Both the position numbers and the translations under genes were made by a program. From Bacteroidaceae bacterium (GTDB lineage Bacteria > Bacteroidota > Bacteroidia > Bacteroidales > Bacteroidaceae), in assembly GCA_963660215.1 (NCBI GenBank), contig CAVKXW010000003.1:577-64576 (forward strand): DNA of 64,000 bases, written 5' to 3'. Shown here one piece after another: positions 41,542 to 51,476 of this stretch (the first letter of the stretch is position 1; every line of letters starts with the position of its first letter). Below the pieces are notes generated by a model. That model was not told the origin of the DNA. It worked only from the letters and a program-made list of their open reading frames with translations, and searched no databases.

Positions 41542-42669
41542 ATGAGATTTACAGTATCAAGTTCAGCATTGAGCAGCAAGCTCAACATGCTCGCAAAGGT
41601 GATAGGCAGCAAGAATTCGCTGCCTATCCTAGATTGTTTCCTCTTCCAGGTTACCAATGGCGAAATGGCTATCACGGCCAGTGATAGCGACAACGTAATC
41701 AAGAGTACACTCCCGCTTGCCGACAATGAGGGGGAAGGCGAGTTTTGCGTGCCAAACCGCGTCATTCTCGATGCGCTGAAAGAGTTGCCAGAACAGCCAC
41801 TTCACTTTGATGTTGACACCACGGGCGAAGCCATCGCCATCAAGATAGTATATCAGAACGGTCTCTATAACTTCACGGGCCAAAGTGCAGAGGAATATCC
41901 TCGCACACAGGCGATGAACGACGCTTGCACCTCTGTCGTATTGCCTACCCAGGTGCTTATCGAAAACATCTCTCGCTCTCTCTTTGCCACAGCCAACGAC
42001 GAGCTGCGCCCAGTGATGAACGGTATCTACTTCGACTTGACCGCTGATGCCCTTGCCATCGTGGCTAGCGATGGGCACAAGTTGGTGCGCAACAAGAACT
42101 TCAGCATCAAGAGCGACACGCCTGCCGCCTTCAACTTGCCTAAGAAGCCAGCCACTCTCTTGAAGAACATCCTCTCCAAGGAGGATGACGCCACGGTGAA
42201 GTTTGACGACCGCAGCGCTGAGGTTCAGTTTGCCGACGGCGTCTTGAGATGCCGCTTGATCGACGGCCGCTATCCTAACTACAACTCTGTGATTCCAACC
42301 GACAACCCATGCGAGGTCACTGTAGACCGTCGTGGCCTTCAGAGCGCCTTGCGCCGTGTATTGCCATTTGCCAGCGAGAGCAGCCAGCTCATTCGTTTCC
42401 ACATCGAGGGAGGCAAGTTCGAGGTGTCTTCTGAGGACATCGACTTCTCTACCTCTGCCAAGGAGCAGTTGGCTTGCGAGTATTCAGGCTCGCCTATCAG
42501 CATCGGTTTCAAGGGCAGCAGCTTGATGGAAATCCTGAGCAATCTCTCAAGCGACAACATCATCATCCAGCTTGCCGACCCTAGCCGCGCAGGCATCATC
42601 GTTCCTGCCGAGCAGCCTGAGAACGAGGATGTGTTGATGCTCATCATGCCTATGCTCCTTAACGACTAA
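41542..42669 (+). CDS. dnaN: DNA polymerase III beta sliding clamp
   Basis: 375 aa. MRFTVSSSALSSKLNMLAKVIGSKNSLPILDCFLF..., the three-domain length, RPVMNGIYFDL, the central motif LIDGRYPNYNSVIP and the C-terminus MLIMPMLLND. Confidence 0.9.
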   Translation: MRFTVSSSALSSKLNMLAKVIGSKNSLPILDCFLFQVTNGEMAITASDSDNVIKSTLPLADNEGEGEFCVPNRVILDALKELPEQPLHFDVDTTGEAIAIKIVYQNGLYNFTGQSAEEYPRTQAMNDACTSVVLPTQVLIENISRSLFATANDELRPVMNGIYFDLTADALAIVASDGHKLVRNKNFSIKSDTPAAFNLPKKPATLLKNILSKEDDATVKFDDRSAEVQFADGVLRCRLIDGRYPNYNSVIPTDNPCEVTVDRRGLQSALRRVLPFASESSQLIRFHIEGGKFEVSSEDIDFSTSAKEQLACEYSGSPISIGFKGSSLMEILSNLSSDNIIIQLADPSRAGIIVPAEQPENEDVLMLIMPMLLND

Positions 42670-42722
42670 GGAGCATATATTTCTAGGCTCATTTTTTTAA
42701 AAAAACAATACAAGAAGAAAGA

Positions 42723-43586
42723 ATGAAACTGAACTTAAAGAAGCCTCTGATCGTGTTCGACCTGGAAACAACAGGTCTCGACATGGTCAAGGATAGAATC
42801 ATACAGATTTCCTATATCAAGGTGATGCCCGACGGCACCGAGAATCGCAAGAACCTCTTTGTGAACCCAGAGAAGGAAATCCCTGCCGAGGTGGTGGCCC
42901 TGACAGGCATCAGCAACGAAGATGTCAAGGATGCCCCTACCTTCAAGCAGTTGGCAGCCACCCTGGAGAAGGAGTTCGCAGGTTGCGACTTCGCTGGCTA
43001 TAACTCCAATCACTTCGATGTACCAATGCTTGCGGAAGAATTCTTGCGCGCTGGCATCGACTTCGACTTTGCCAAGTGTCGCCTCATCGACGCACAGACC
43101 ATCTTCATGAAGATGGAACGCCGCAACCTGGCGGCAGCCTACAAGTTCTATTGCGGCAGAAAGATGGAGGAAGACTTCGAGGCCCACCGCGCCGACCAAG
43201 ACACCGAGGCGACTTACCGCGTGCTGATGGGCGAGCTCGATAAGTATGCCCCAGGCGTGCAGGAAGAGCCAGAGCGTGTTCTCAACAACAACATGGACGA
43301 GCTGGCAGAATTCTCCAAGCAGAACGACAATGTAGACTTCGCCGGCCGCATCATCTGGAAAGAGGTGACAGACGCACAGGGCAATGTCTTGACAGACGAG
43401 CAGGACGAGCCTCTGAAGCACGAAGTATTCAACTTTGGCAAGTACAAGGGTTGGGACGTAGCGGAAATCTTGACCAAGGACCCAGGCTATTTCACATGGG
43501 TGCTGGGCAGCGATTTCACCAACAACACCAAGCAGGTGCTCACACGCATCCGCCTTCGTGAATTCAACAAGAGAATGGGAAAATAA
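42723..43586 (+). CDS. DnaQ-like 3'-5' exonuclease (DEDDh) with a C-terminal extension
   Basis: ExoI: LIVFDLETTGLD. ExoII: GYNSNHFDVPML. ExoIII: HRADQDTEATYRVL. It is 287 aa, about 100 aa longer than a bare exonuclease domain. Confidence 0.8.
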   Translation: MKLNLKKPLIVFDLETTGLDMVKDRIIQISYIKVMPDGTENRKNLFVNPEKEIPAEVVALTGISNEDVKDAPTFKQLAATLEKEFAGCDFAGYNSNHFDVPMLAEEFLRAGIDFDFAKCRLIDAQTIFMKMERRNLAAAYKFYCGRKMEEDFEAHRADQDTEATYRVLMGELDKYAPGVQEEPERVLNNNMDELAEFSKQNDNVDFAGRIIWKEVTDAQGNVLTDEQDEPLKHEVFNFGKYKGWDVAEILTKDPGYFTWVLGSDFTNNTKQVLTRIRLREFNKRMGK

Positions 43587-43629
43587 GGGAATTTCCCCAA
43601 GTCAGCAGAATAAGCATTTATATCACAGA

Positions 43630-44838
43630 ATGTTAAAAGGAAAGAAAATCGTATTGGGCATCACGGGCTCCATCGCTGCCTACAAGTCGTGCCTCATCAT
43701 ACGCGGGCTCATCAAGCGTGGCGCCGAAGTGCAGGTGGTCATCACCCCTGCGGGCAAGGAGTTCATCACCCCTATCACCCTGTCGGCGCTCACCCACAAG
43801 CCCGTGGTGAGCGAGTTTTTCTCGCAGCGCGACGGCACTTGGAACTCGCATGTAGACCTAGGGCTTTGGGCCGATGCCATGCTCATCGCTCCTTGCACGG
43901 CATCTACCATGGGCAAGATGGCCCACGGCATAGCCGACAACATGCTCATCACCACCTATCTCTCTATGAAAGCGCCCGTTTTCATAGCTCCAGCCATGGA
44001 TCTTGACATGTATAAGCATCCGTCTACACAAGACAACATGAGAAAGCTCCAGCAATACGGCAACCAGATTATCGAGCCCGAGGTAGGGTTCCTGGCTAGC
44101 GGTCTGGAAGGCAAGGGAAGAATGGAAGAGCCAGATGTCATCGTGGATTACCTGGATAGATATTTCGAATCGTTGCAGCATGAGGCTGAGACGGAAGACT
44201 TGAAGGGCAAGAAAGTGATGATTACGGCAGGTCCTACATACGAGAAGATAGACCCAGTGCGTTTCATCGGCAACTACTCCTCGGGCAAGATGGGATTTGC
44301 CTTGGCAGAGGAATGCAGAAGACGTGGCGCAGAGGTTACGTTGGTGGCAGGTCCTGTGGCACTAGGCTGTGACGCTGGCATCCATCGCATCGACGTGGAA
44401 AGTTGCGAGGAGATGTACCAAGCAGCCACCAAGGCCTTCGAAGACTGCGACGCAGCCATACTTTGCGCCGCCGTTGCCGACTTTAGGCCGAGCGAGGTGG
44501 CGGACAAGAAAATAAAACGTGAGAAAGACGACCTTAACCTGCGCCTGGTACCAACCCACGACATTGCCGCAGCCTTGGGAGGAATGAAACAAAAGCATCA
44601 GCGAATAGTAGCTTTCGCCCTGGAAACCAACGATGAAGAAGCAAACGCACAGAAAAAGCGCAAGAAGAAAAACGCTGATTTTATCGTTCTCAACTCCACA
44701 CGAAATCCTGGCACTACATTCCGCACAGACGACAACCAGATAACCATTATCTCGGAAAATGGCAAGAAAGAATATGAGAAGAAACCAAAGGCTGAAGTGG
44801 CTCGCGACATCATTGACGAGCTGGCTCGTCTCTTTTAG
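43630..44838 (+). CDS. coaBC: Bifunctional phosphopantothenoylcysteine decarboxylase / phosphopantothenate-cysteine ligase
   Basis: Start moved to the ATG at 43630: MLKGKKIVLGITGSIAAYKS (flavoprotein N-terminus), PAMDLDMY, then the CoaB half MITAGPTYEKIDPVRFIGNYSSGKMG. Confidence 0.9.
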   Translation: MLKGKKIVLGITGSIAAYKSCLIIRGLIKRGAEVQVVITPAGKEFITPITLSALTHKPVVSEFFSQRDGTWNSHVDLGLWADAMLIAPCTASTMGKMAHGIADNMLITTYLSMKAPVFIAPAMDLDMYKHPSTQDNMRKLQQYGNQIIEPEVGFLASGLEGKGRMEEPDVIVDYLDRYFESLQHEAETEDLKGKKVMITAGPTYEKIDPVRFIGNYSSGKMGFALAEECRRRGAEVTLVAGPVALGCDAGIHRIDVESCEEMYQAATKAFEDCDAAILCAAVADFRPSEVADKKIKREKDDLNLRLVPTHDIAAALGGMKQKHQRIVAFALETNDEEANAQKKRKKKNADFIVLNSTRNPGTTFRTDDNQITIISENGKKEYEKKPKAEVARDIIDELARLF

Positions 44839-45703
44839 CCCACTGGCTGCTACCGCACAAGAGCTGCAAGCCAAGATAACCATCAACCATGCCCAGATAG
44901 CAGGCACGGACAAGAGGGTTTTCGACAACTTGCAGCAAACGCTGGAGCAGTTTGTCAACGACCGGCAGTGGACTTCTCTCCAATTCCAAAAGAACGAGCG
45001 CATCGTCTGCAATTTCAACATCACGGTGAGCAAGTATGACAAAGACCAAAATCTTTTCACTTGCAAGGCCATCATTCAGGCAAACCGCCCAGTATATAAT
45101 TCGGCATACACCACCACAATATATAATAATGTGGACGACAACTTTACGTTTCGTTTCGCCGAGTTCGACCAACTGGAGTTCAACGAAGAGCGTGTCGACA
45201 ACCAGCTCACAGCCCTCTTCGCCTATTACGCCTACCTCCTCATCGGCATCAATCTAGACAGTTTCTCGCCTCAGGGGGGTGAGGATGTCTTGCAGCGTTG
45301 CTTTCAGCTTGCCAACAATGCCCAAAACCTCGATTACCCCGGATGGAAAGCCTTTTCCGACAACAGAAACCGCTATGCCATCATTTCCGATTACCTAGAC
45401 GGAGCCATGCGAGCCTTCAGGCAGTTGCAGTACGACTATTATCGCAAGGGGCTCGACGAGATGTCAAACAGCGCCGACCGAGGAAGGGCAGCCATAAGCC
45501 AGGCACTGAGAGCAGACCTGGAAAAGGCACATGCCGACCGTCCGCTCAGCCTCTTGCCACAGATATGGACCGACTACAAGAAAGAAGAACTTGCCAACAT
45601 CTATCAGGGACATGCCACACCCAAGGAGAAAGAGAGCATCTCAAACCTGCTCTTCTCCATCAATCCCTCGCAAAACAACTATTGGGACAGAATCAGGAAA
45701 TAA
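44774..45703 (+). CDS. DUF4835-like secreted protein (possibly the family recently linked to type IX secretion; from memory only)
   Basis: MRRNQRLKWLATSLTSWLVSFSPLAATAQ, then ELQAKITINHAQIAGTDKRVFDNLQQTLEQFVNDRQWTSLQFQKNERIVCNFNITV. An alternative ATG lies at 44759. Either start overlaps the coaBC 3' end by 65-80 nt. Confidence 0.7.
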   Translation: MRRNQRLKWLATSLTSWLVSFSPLAATAQELQAKITINHAQIAGTDKRVFDNLQQTLEQFVNDRQWTSLQFQKNERIVCNFNITVSKYDKDQNLFTCKAIIQANRPVYNSAYTTTIYNNVDDNFTFRFAEFDQLEFNEERVDNQLTALFAYYAYLLIGINLDSFSPQGGEDVLQRCFQLANNAQNLDYPGWKAFSDNRNRYAIISDYLDGAMRAFRQLQYDYYRKGLDEMSNSADRGRAAISQALRADLEKAHADRPLSLLPQIWTDYKKEELANIYQGHATPKEKESISNLLFSINPSQNNYWDRIRK

Positions 45704-45764
45704 GGCATCGAACAGATAAAGACAAGAGATCGTATCAAGCAACAAAAAAATAGAATAGCAAACA

Positions 45765-47435
45765 ATGCTCAAGCAATTATATATCAAAAACTTCACGCTC
45801 ATCGACGAGCTCGACATCCCGCTCTATCCAGGCTTCTCCGTCATCACTGGCGAAACCGGAGCGGGCAAGAGCATCATTCTGGGTGCCATCGGCTTGTTGC
45901 TGGGCAATAGAGCCGATACCAAGGCCATCAAGGCAGGCAGAGACCGCTGCGTGATAGAGGCACATTTCGACCTCTCCAGATATGGCATGCAAGCTTTCTT
46001 CGACGACAACGACATCGACTATGATGCCACAGACACCATCATCCGCCGTGAGTTGACCGCCGCAGGCAAGAGCCGAGCCTTCATCAATGATACGCCTGTA
46101 TCGCTCAGCAAGATGAGAGAACTCGGCGAACAACTGGTCGACATCCACTCACAGCACCAAAACTTGCTTTTGCAAAAAGAGGATTTCCAGCTCAGCGTGA
46201 TAGACATCATCGCACAAGACGAGAAGCAGAAGAAAGCATATCTAGCCCACTTTCAGACCTATCGCCAACTGAAACAACAACTGGACAACCTGAAGGAAGA
46301 GATAGCCAAGAATCGTGAAAACGAAGAATTCATGCGTTTCCAGTTCAAGGAGCTCGACGATGCTCATCTCGTGGAAGGCGAGCTGGAAGATATGGAGCAA
46401 GAGGCTGAGACCCTGAGCCACTCCGAAGAAATCAAGACAGCCCTCTATGAAGCCGACAACGCCCTTTCGGGCGAAGATGGGAGCATCTTGGAAAAGCTGA
46501 AGTCGGCATCGCAGCAACTAGACAATATCAAGGACGTATATCCCGATATGAAAGAGGTGGCTGAGCGCATGCAGAGCAGCTACATCGAGCTGAAAGACAT
46601 AGCCCAGGAAATAAGCGGTAGCGTAGACAATGTGGAGTTCGACCCTAATAGGCTCGAAACCATCAATACACGATTGGACCAACTCTACACATTGCAGCAT
46701 AAGTTTCATGTGGAAAGCATCGCCGAACTGATAGAAACCAGAAACAAGATCAGCGAGCAGCTAGAACACATCGACAATGGCGACGAAGACGTGCAGGCCC
46801 TTGAGCAGCAACTGGCAACCCAGTTGGCAAAGACCGAAAAAGAAGCACGCCAACTTACCGCCATTCGTCATAAAACAGCCAAGCAGATAGAGGCAGAGAT
46901 GAAAACCCGTCTCATTCCTCTCGGCATCCCAAATGTTCGCTTCGAGATTTCATTTGCGACCAAACCATTGAGCCCAGACGGCATCGACAAGGTGAACTTC
47001 CTGTTCAGTGCCAACAAGAGCACCCCTCTGCAGCCAGTAAGCCAGGTGGCCTCGGGTGGCGAGATAGCCCGCGTGATGCTCTCGCTCAAAGCTATGATCA
47101 GCGGCGCCGTGAAGCTACCAACCATCATCTTCGACGAGATAGACACAGGCGTGAGCGGCAAGATAGCCGAGAAGATGGCAGAAATCATGACCGAGATGGG
47201 CAATCAAGAACGCCAGGTCATCTCCATCACCCACCTGCCACAGATAGCCTCCATGGGAAGCCACCACTACAAGGTGCTGAAGGAGGAGACCGATGAGGGC
47301 ACCATCTCGCACATGAAGGAACTCGACGAAACAGAGCGTATCGCAGAGATAGCCCAGATGCTCAGCGGAAGCGACATCACGGAAGCCGCCCTTGCCAACG
47401 CCAAGGAACTCATGAGAAAGCATACCAAGAAATAA
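45765..47435 (+). CDS. recN: DNA repair protein RecN
   Basis: 556 aa. N-terminal Walker A: MLKQLYIKNFTLIDELDIPLYPGFSVITGETGAGKSIILGAIGLLLG. A long coiled-coil middle. C-terminal signature/Walker B: ASGGEIARVMLSLK...IIFDEIDTGVSG. Confidence 0.95.
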   Translation: MLKQLYIKNFTLIDELDIPLYPGFSVITGETGAGKSIILGAIGLLLGNRADTKAIKAGRDRCVIEAHFDLSRYGMQAFFDDNDIDYDATDTIIRRELTAAGKSRAFINDTPVSLSKMRELGEQLVDIHSQHQNLLLQKEDFQLSVIDIIAQDEKQKKAYLAHFQTYRQLKQQLDNLKEEIAKNRENEEFMRFQFKELDDAHLVEGELEDMEQEAETLSHSEEIKTALYEADNALSGEDGSILEKLKSASQQLDNIKDVYPDMKEVAERMQSSYIELKDIAQEISGSVDNVEFDPNRLETINTRLDQLYTLQHKFHVESIAELIETRNKISEQLEHIDNGDEDVQALEQQLATQLAKTEKEARQLTAIRHKTAKQIEAEMKTRLIPLGIPNVRFEISFATKPLSPDGIDKVNFLFSANKSTPLQPVSQVASGGEIARVMLSLKAMISGAVKLPTIIFDEIDTGVSGKIAEKMAEIMTEMGNQERQVISITHLPQIASMGSHHYKVLKEETDEGTISHMKELDETERIAEIAQMLSGSDITEAALANAKELMRKHTKK

Positions 47436-47469
47436 GAGAGACCCAGTTTTCTCGCTCGAAACAAAGATT

Positions 47470-49122
47470 ATGAAAAGAATAAATATGATTATGATGGGAT
47501 TGATGCTCGGAGCATCATCCCTCTTCGCTCAACCAGGACCGGTGCAGAAGCTGGCAAAGAGCGTTTTCACCCTGACCACCTTCAATAAGAATGGAGACAT
47601 CATCTCCTCTACCCAGGGTGTGTTCATCGACAACAAGGGCACCGCCATCAGTACCTTCAAGCCCTTCGTCGGCGCAGTGAAGGCCAGCATCGTGGATGCA
47701 AGCGGACGTTCCATTCCTGTGGATGCCATCATGGGTGCCGACGAGCTCTACGACGTGGCAAAGTTTAGGATCAAGGCTTCCACTACCCCAGCCACTATCG
47801 CCACCAAAGAAGCCACGACAGGCGAAAAGGTATGGCTCGTTCCCTATTCCATCAAGAAGCCTGCCTACCAGCAGGAGGACATCAGCAGCGTGGAGAAGTT
47901 TAATACTTCCTACAATTACTACATATTCACCACCACGGTACCCGAAAATGCCGTGGGTTGTCCTTTTGCCAACAAGAACGGACAGGTAATAGGATTGATG
48001 CATAGCAACGGACAGGTGACAGCCATCGACGCCAACTATGCCAACCAGCTCAAGGTGACTGGACTTTCCACCCTGGACGCAGCCCTTCGCGAAACAACCA
48101 TCCGTACCGCATTGCCCGACACCGAGAACGAGTCGCTCACGATGATGGCCCTGAAGAAAGGACAGATTTCGGCAGAAGACTACTCGAAATACTGTGATGA
48201 ATTTCTAGAAAAGTTCCCTACCTCGGCATCAGGCTATAAGGAAAAGGCAACCTATATGACAGAGAAAGGCGACTATGAGGCTGCTGCCAAATTGATGGAA
48301 GAAGGCATCAAGAAAGCCACGGCAAAAGACGAGGCACACTCCAACTATGCCGACCTCATCTATCAGAAGATAATCTACAAGGGAGATTCCACCTACACAG
48401 CCTGGACTCTCGACAAGGCGATAGACGAGGCTCAGAAGGCTTATGCCATCAAGGCACAACCCGTGTACAAGCATCAGGAAGCGCAGATCAACTTTGCCAA
48501 GGGCAACTATCAAAAAGCCTACGACATGTTCATCGACTTGACCAAATCCTCGACATCGCTCAGCGGCGCCGAGCTCTACTATGAGGCTGCCCAATCCAAG
48601 CAGTTGCTCAAGGCACCAGCACAAGAGATAGGAGCCTTGCTTGACAGTGCGGTCAGTGTGGGTGGCAAAACAACCATGGCAGCCAACTATTATCTGGCTC
48701 GCGCCGATTTCTTGAATCAGCAAGGCGAGTACCGCAAGGCGATTTATGATTATAACATGTACGATTCTCTTGCCCGACCAGTGATACCTGCGTTCTTCTA
48801 TGCCCGTTATCAGTGCGAAACCAAGTTGCGCATGTGGCAGCCTGCCCTTTTGGACATAGCTCGCACCTGCTATCTAGCTCCTAAGGAGCCTACTTATTTC
48901 GCAGAATGGGCGAGCCTCGACCTCAGAGTGAAGCGATTCGACGAGGGCATCAGCGCAGCCACCCACTGCACGGAGTTGGCACCTGAATATGCCGACGGAT
49001 TCCTTCTCCTCGGTCTTTTGCAGAAAGAAAAGGGATTGAAAGAAGAGGCCATCAAGAATCTGAAGAAAGCCCAGGAGCTTGGTGACAAGCGGGCTGAGGA
49101 ATATCTGAAAAAGATAAAGTAA
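47470..49122 (+). CDS. Secreted trypsin-fold-like domain (catalytic His and Ser not recognisable) fused to TPR repeats
   Basis: Signal peptide. The N-terminal ~175 aa align by eye to the S1C/DegP-type pattern (SVFTLTTF..., DVAKFRIKA, GQVIGLMHS). However, the His position reads STFKPF and the GxSGGP position reads ENAVGCPF. The C-terminal 330 aa carry TPR-like repeats. Confidence 0.6.
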   Translation: MKRINMIMMGLMLGASSLFAQPGPVQKLAKSVFTLTTFNKNGDIISSTQGVFIDNKGTAISTFKPFVGAVKASIVDASGRSIPVDAIMGADELYDVAKFRIKASTTPATIATKEATTGEKVWLVPYSIKKPAYQQEDISSVEKFNTSYNYYIFTTTVPENAVGCPFANKNGQVIGLMHSNGQVTAIDANYANQLKVTGLSTLDAALRETTIRTALPDTENESLTMMALKKGQISAEDYSKYCDEFLEKFPTSASGYKEKATYMTEKGDYEAAAKLMEEGIKKATAKDEAHSNYADLIYQKIIYKGDSTYTAWTLDKAIDEAQKAYAIKAQPVYKHQEAQINFAKGNYQKAYDMFIDLTKSSTSLSGAELYYEAAQSKQLLKAPAQEIGALLDSAVSVGGKTTMAANYYLARADFLNQQGEYRKAIYDYNMYDSLARPVIPAFFYARYQCETKLRMWQPALLDIARTCYLAPKEPTYFAEWASLDLRVKRFDEGISAATHCTELAPEYADGFLLLGLLQKEKGLKEEAIKNLKKAQELGDKRAEEYLKKIK

Positions 49123-49140
49123 CGATATATGACATCATAA

Positions 49141-49200
49141 ATTAGGCTGCAACAAGGCTCGGAACTTTTCTTCCTTACCTTGTCGCAGCCTAATGCTTTT
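49141..49200. terminator. Hairpin between convergent genes (47470..49122 + and 49201..49932 -)
   Basis: ATTAGGCTGCAACAAGG (49141-49157) pairs with CCTTGTCGCAGCCTAAT (49178-49194) with one mismatch, followed by GCTTTTTT. Confidence 0.65.
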
Positions 49201-49932
49201 TTATAATACTTTGCCAAGGAACTCCCTCAGGCGTGGGCTCTCAGGATGCTCGAATATTCGCTGCGGCGTGCCTTCTTCGGTAATCTTTCCGTCAGCGAAA
49301 AAGATGACGCGGTTCGCCACCTCTCGGGCAAACCCCATCTCGTGAGTCACCACCACCATCGTCATACCTTCGGCGGCCACCTCTTTCATCAACTGCAAGA
49401 CCTCGCCCACCATCTCTGGGTCAAGGGCAGAGGTAGGCTCGTCGAAAAGCATCACGTCGGGTTGCATGGCAAGAGCACGGGCTATGGCCACTCGCTGCTT
49501 CTGGCCGCCCGAAAGGCTATCGGGATAAGCATCTGCCTTGTCGCTCAAGCCAATGCGTCGCAAGAGTTCGTCGGCCCTTTGCTGGGCTTCGCTGCGGCTC
49601 ATTCTCTTTAGCTCTACGGGAGCCAGCATGATGTTCTTGCGAATCGTCATGTGGGGGAAAAGATTGAACTGCTGAAAAACCATGCCTATGTGCTGGCGAA
49701 CCACATTGATGTCGGCATCGGGCAGAGTGATGTCCTCACCCTCGAAGAGGATGCGACCTTGGGTCGGTTTCTCCAATAAGTTGATGGAACGCAAGAAAGT
49801 GCTCTTGCCACACCCCGACGGCCCGATGATAGCCACCACCTCGCCGCGTTTCACCTCGGTGGAGATGCCCTTCAGCACCTCGTTGTCAGAAAACCGCTTG
49901 TGCAGGTTCTCTATCTTGATAATCGTTTCCAT
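49201..49932 (-). CDS. Amino-acid ABC transporter ATP-binding protein (GlnQ-like)
   Basis: 243 aa. Walker A: GPSGCGKST. Signature: LSGGQKQR. Walker B: [12 protein letters not shown]-loop: VVVTHEM. Confidence 0.9.
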   Translation of the reverse strand: METIIKIENLHKRFSDNEVLKGISTEVKRGEVVAIIGPSGCGKSTFLRSINLLEKPTQGRILFEGEDITLPDADINVVRQHIGMVFQQFNLFPHMTIRKNIMLAPVELKRMSRSEAQQRADELLRRIGLSDKADAYPDSLSGGQKQRVAIARALAMQPDVMLFDEPTSALDPEMVGEVLQLMKEVAAEGMTMVVVTHEMGFAREVANRVIFFADGKITEEGTPQRIFEHPESPRLREFLGKVL

Positions 49933-49956
49933 AATCCTCTTTTAAAGACAAATGTG

Positions 49957-51456
49957 TTATTTTCTATCGCTCTTGCGCAATCGTTGCTCCAGCTTTCTCA
50001 CACCTTGGTAAAGCAACATGACGATGAGAAGATAGATACCTGCCACCACGCCAAGGGGAAGCATTGCCTCGTAGGTGATGCTGCGAATGATGTCAGAGCC
50101 CTTGGTGAGATCCACCAAACCGATATAACCGCTGATAGAGGTCTCCTTGAGCAGGGTTATCAACTCATTGCCCATCGCCGGGAGCACATTCTTGAAAGCC
50201 TGGGGAAGAATGACGAGCGTCATCGTTTTGGAATAAGACAGTCCAAGACTTCTACCCGCCTCCATCTGTCCATTGTCTACAGACATGATGCCCGAGCGAA
50301 TCACTTCGGCGATATAGGCAGCACTGTTCAGACCGAAGGCGATGATAGCCACCAACAACTTGTTGACATCAGTCGATGCAAAGACCACATAATAAATGAT
50401 GAGCAGCTGTACCATGGTTGGTGTGCCTCGAATGACAGTGAGATATACTTGACACAACAAATTGAGCATACGGTGGGTTCCCTGTCGGTCGTGCGTGGCG
50501 CGAATGATGGCTATCAGCGTGCCCAACATGACAGAAAGGATAATGGCAAAGAATGTGATAACCAATGTGTTGCCCAATCCCTTGAGGAGATATTGATAGC
50601 GTCCATCCGTCATGAAGCAAGATTTGAATTTCTCTGCCAGTCCCGCTTCCTCCTTGTCCAAGGCAGCCCCTGAATCTACCACCACGACTTGCTTTACCTC
50701 GGTATAAGTATCAGAGAAATGGATGTTTCTCTTTCGCTCTGGAGTCACGGTGATGCCTGCGATACCAGCATCTGCCTTGCCAGTCTGGACAGAAGTGATG
50801 ATAGCATCGAATTCCATGTCTACGATTTCTACGTCAGCCCCCAGCATGTCGCCGATGGCATGCGCCACATCCACATCGATGCCCACTATCTTGCCGCCTT
50901 CGTAGTATTCGAAAGGTTCGAATGTGGCATTCGTGGCGAAGCGGATTTTCTTTCCAGACAGTGGTTTCCAATCGCTTCCATGCCACTTGTAGGCCACCGC
51001 TTGATGCTGCACCATGTGGCGGGCAACGATAGTGTCGATGATGCCAGACTGCTGCAAACACTTGATGGCTTGGTTGACTTCCCTCAGTAATTGCTCATTC
51101 CCCTTTGCTATGCAGATAGCCATGCCCGACTTATCAAACGCCTCGGGAAGAATATGCAACGAAGGGTTGACACGCTGAAACGCCTTGGCAGGTGCCTCGT
51201 CGGTCATCACACAGTCTACCTTGCCCTGTCGCAGCGCCTGTATGGCATCCGCCCCCTTGTTGTAGCGTTCCACCTTGGCACCGCTCTCCTTTTTCTCTAG
51301 TTCGGAAGCCAACACATCGCTGGTCGTGCCTAGCTGCACACCTATCACCGCCCCTTTCAGGTCATCAAGAGACTGTATCTGCTTTTTGGCAGTGTTGCTT
51401 TGGCAAGATACCAAGAGCAGCATCATGCCCATACATAGCAAAAGAAGTTTTCTCAT
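49957..51456 (-). CDS. Amino-acid ABC transporter, substrate-binding domain fused to permease
   Basis: 499 aa. Lipoprotein-type signal: LLLVSC. About 240 aa of type-2 periplasmic-binding-fold sequence. The C-terminal HisM/GlnP-type permease carries an EAA loop (AEVIRSGIMSVDNGQMEAGRSLGLS). Confidence 0.85.
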   Translation of the reverse strand: MRKLLLLCMGMMLLLVSCQSNTAKKQIQSLDDLKGAVIGVQLGTTSDVLASELEKKESGAKVERYNKGADAIQALRQGKVDCVMTDEAPAKAFQRVNPSLHILPEAFDKSGMAICIAKGNEQLLREVNQAIKCLQQSGIIDTIVARHMVQHQAVAYKWHGSDWKPLSGKKIRFATNATFEPFEYYEGGKIVGIDVDVAHAIGDMLGADVEIVDMEFDAIITSVQTGKADAGIAGITVTPERKRNIHFSDTYTEVKQVVVVDSGAALDKEEAGLAEKFKSCFMTDGRYQYLLKGLGNTLVITFFAIILSVMLGTLIAIIRATHDRQGTHRMLNLLCQVYLTVIRGTPTMVQLLIIYYVVFASTDVNKLLVAIIAFGLNSAAYIAEVIRSGIMSVDNGQMEAGRSLGLSYSKTMTLVILPQAFKNVLPAMGNELITLLKETSISGYIGLVDLTKGSDIIRSITYEAMLPLGVVAGIYLLIVMLLYQGVRKLEQRLRKSDRK

Positions 51457-51476
51457 TCCGTAATGTTTCTTTATAA

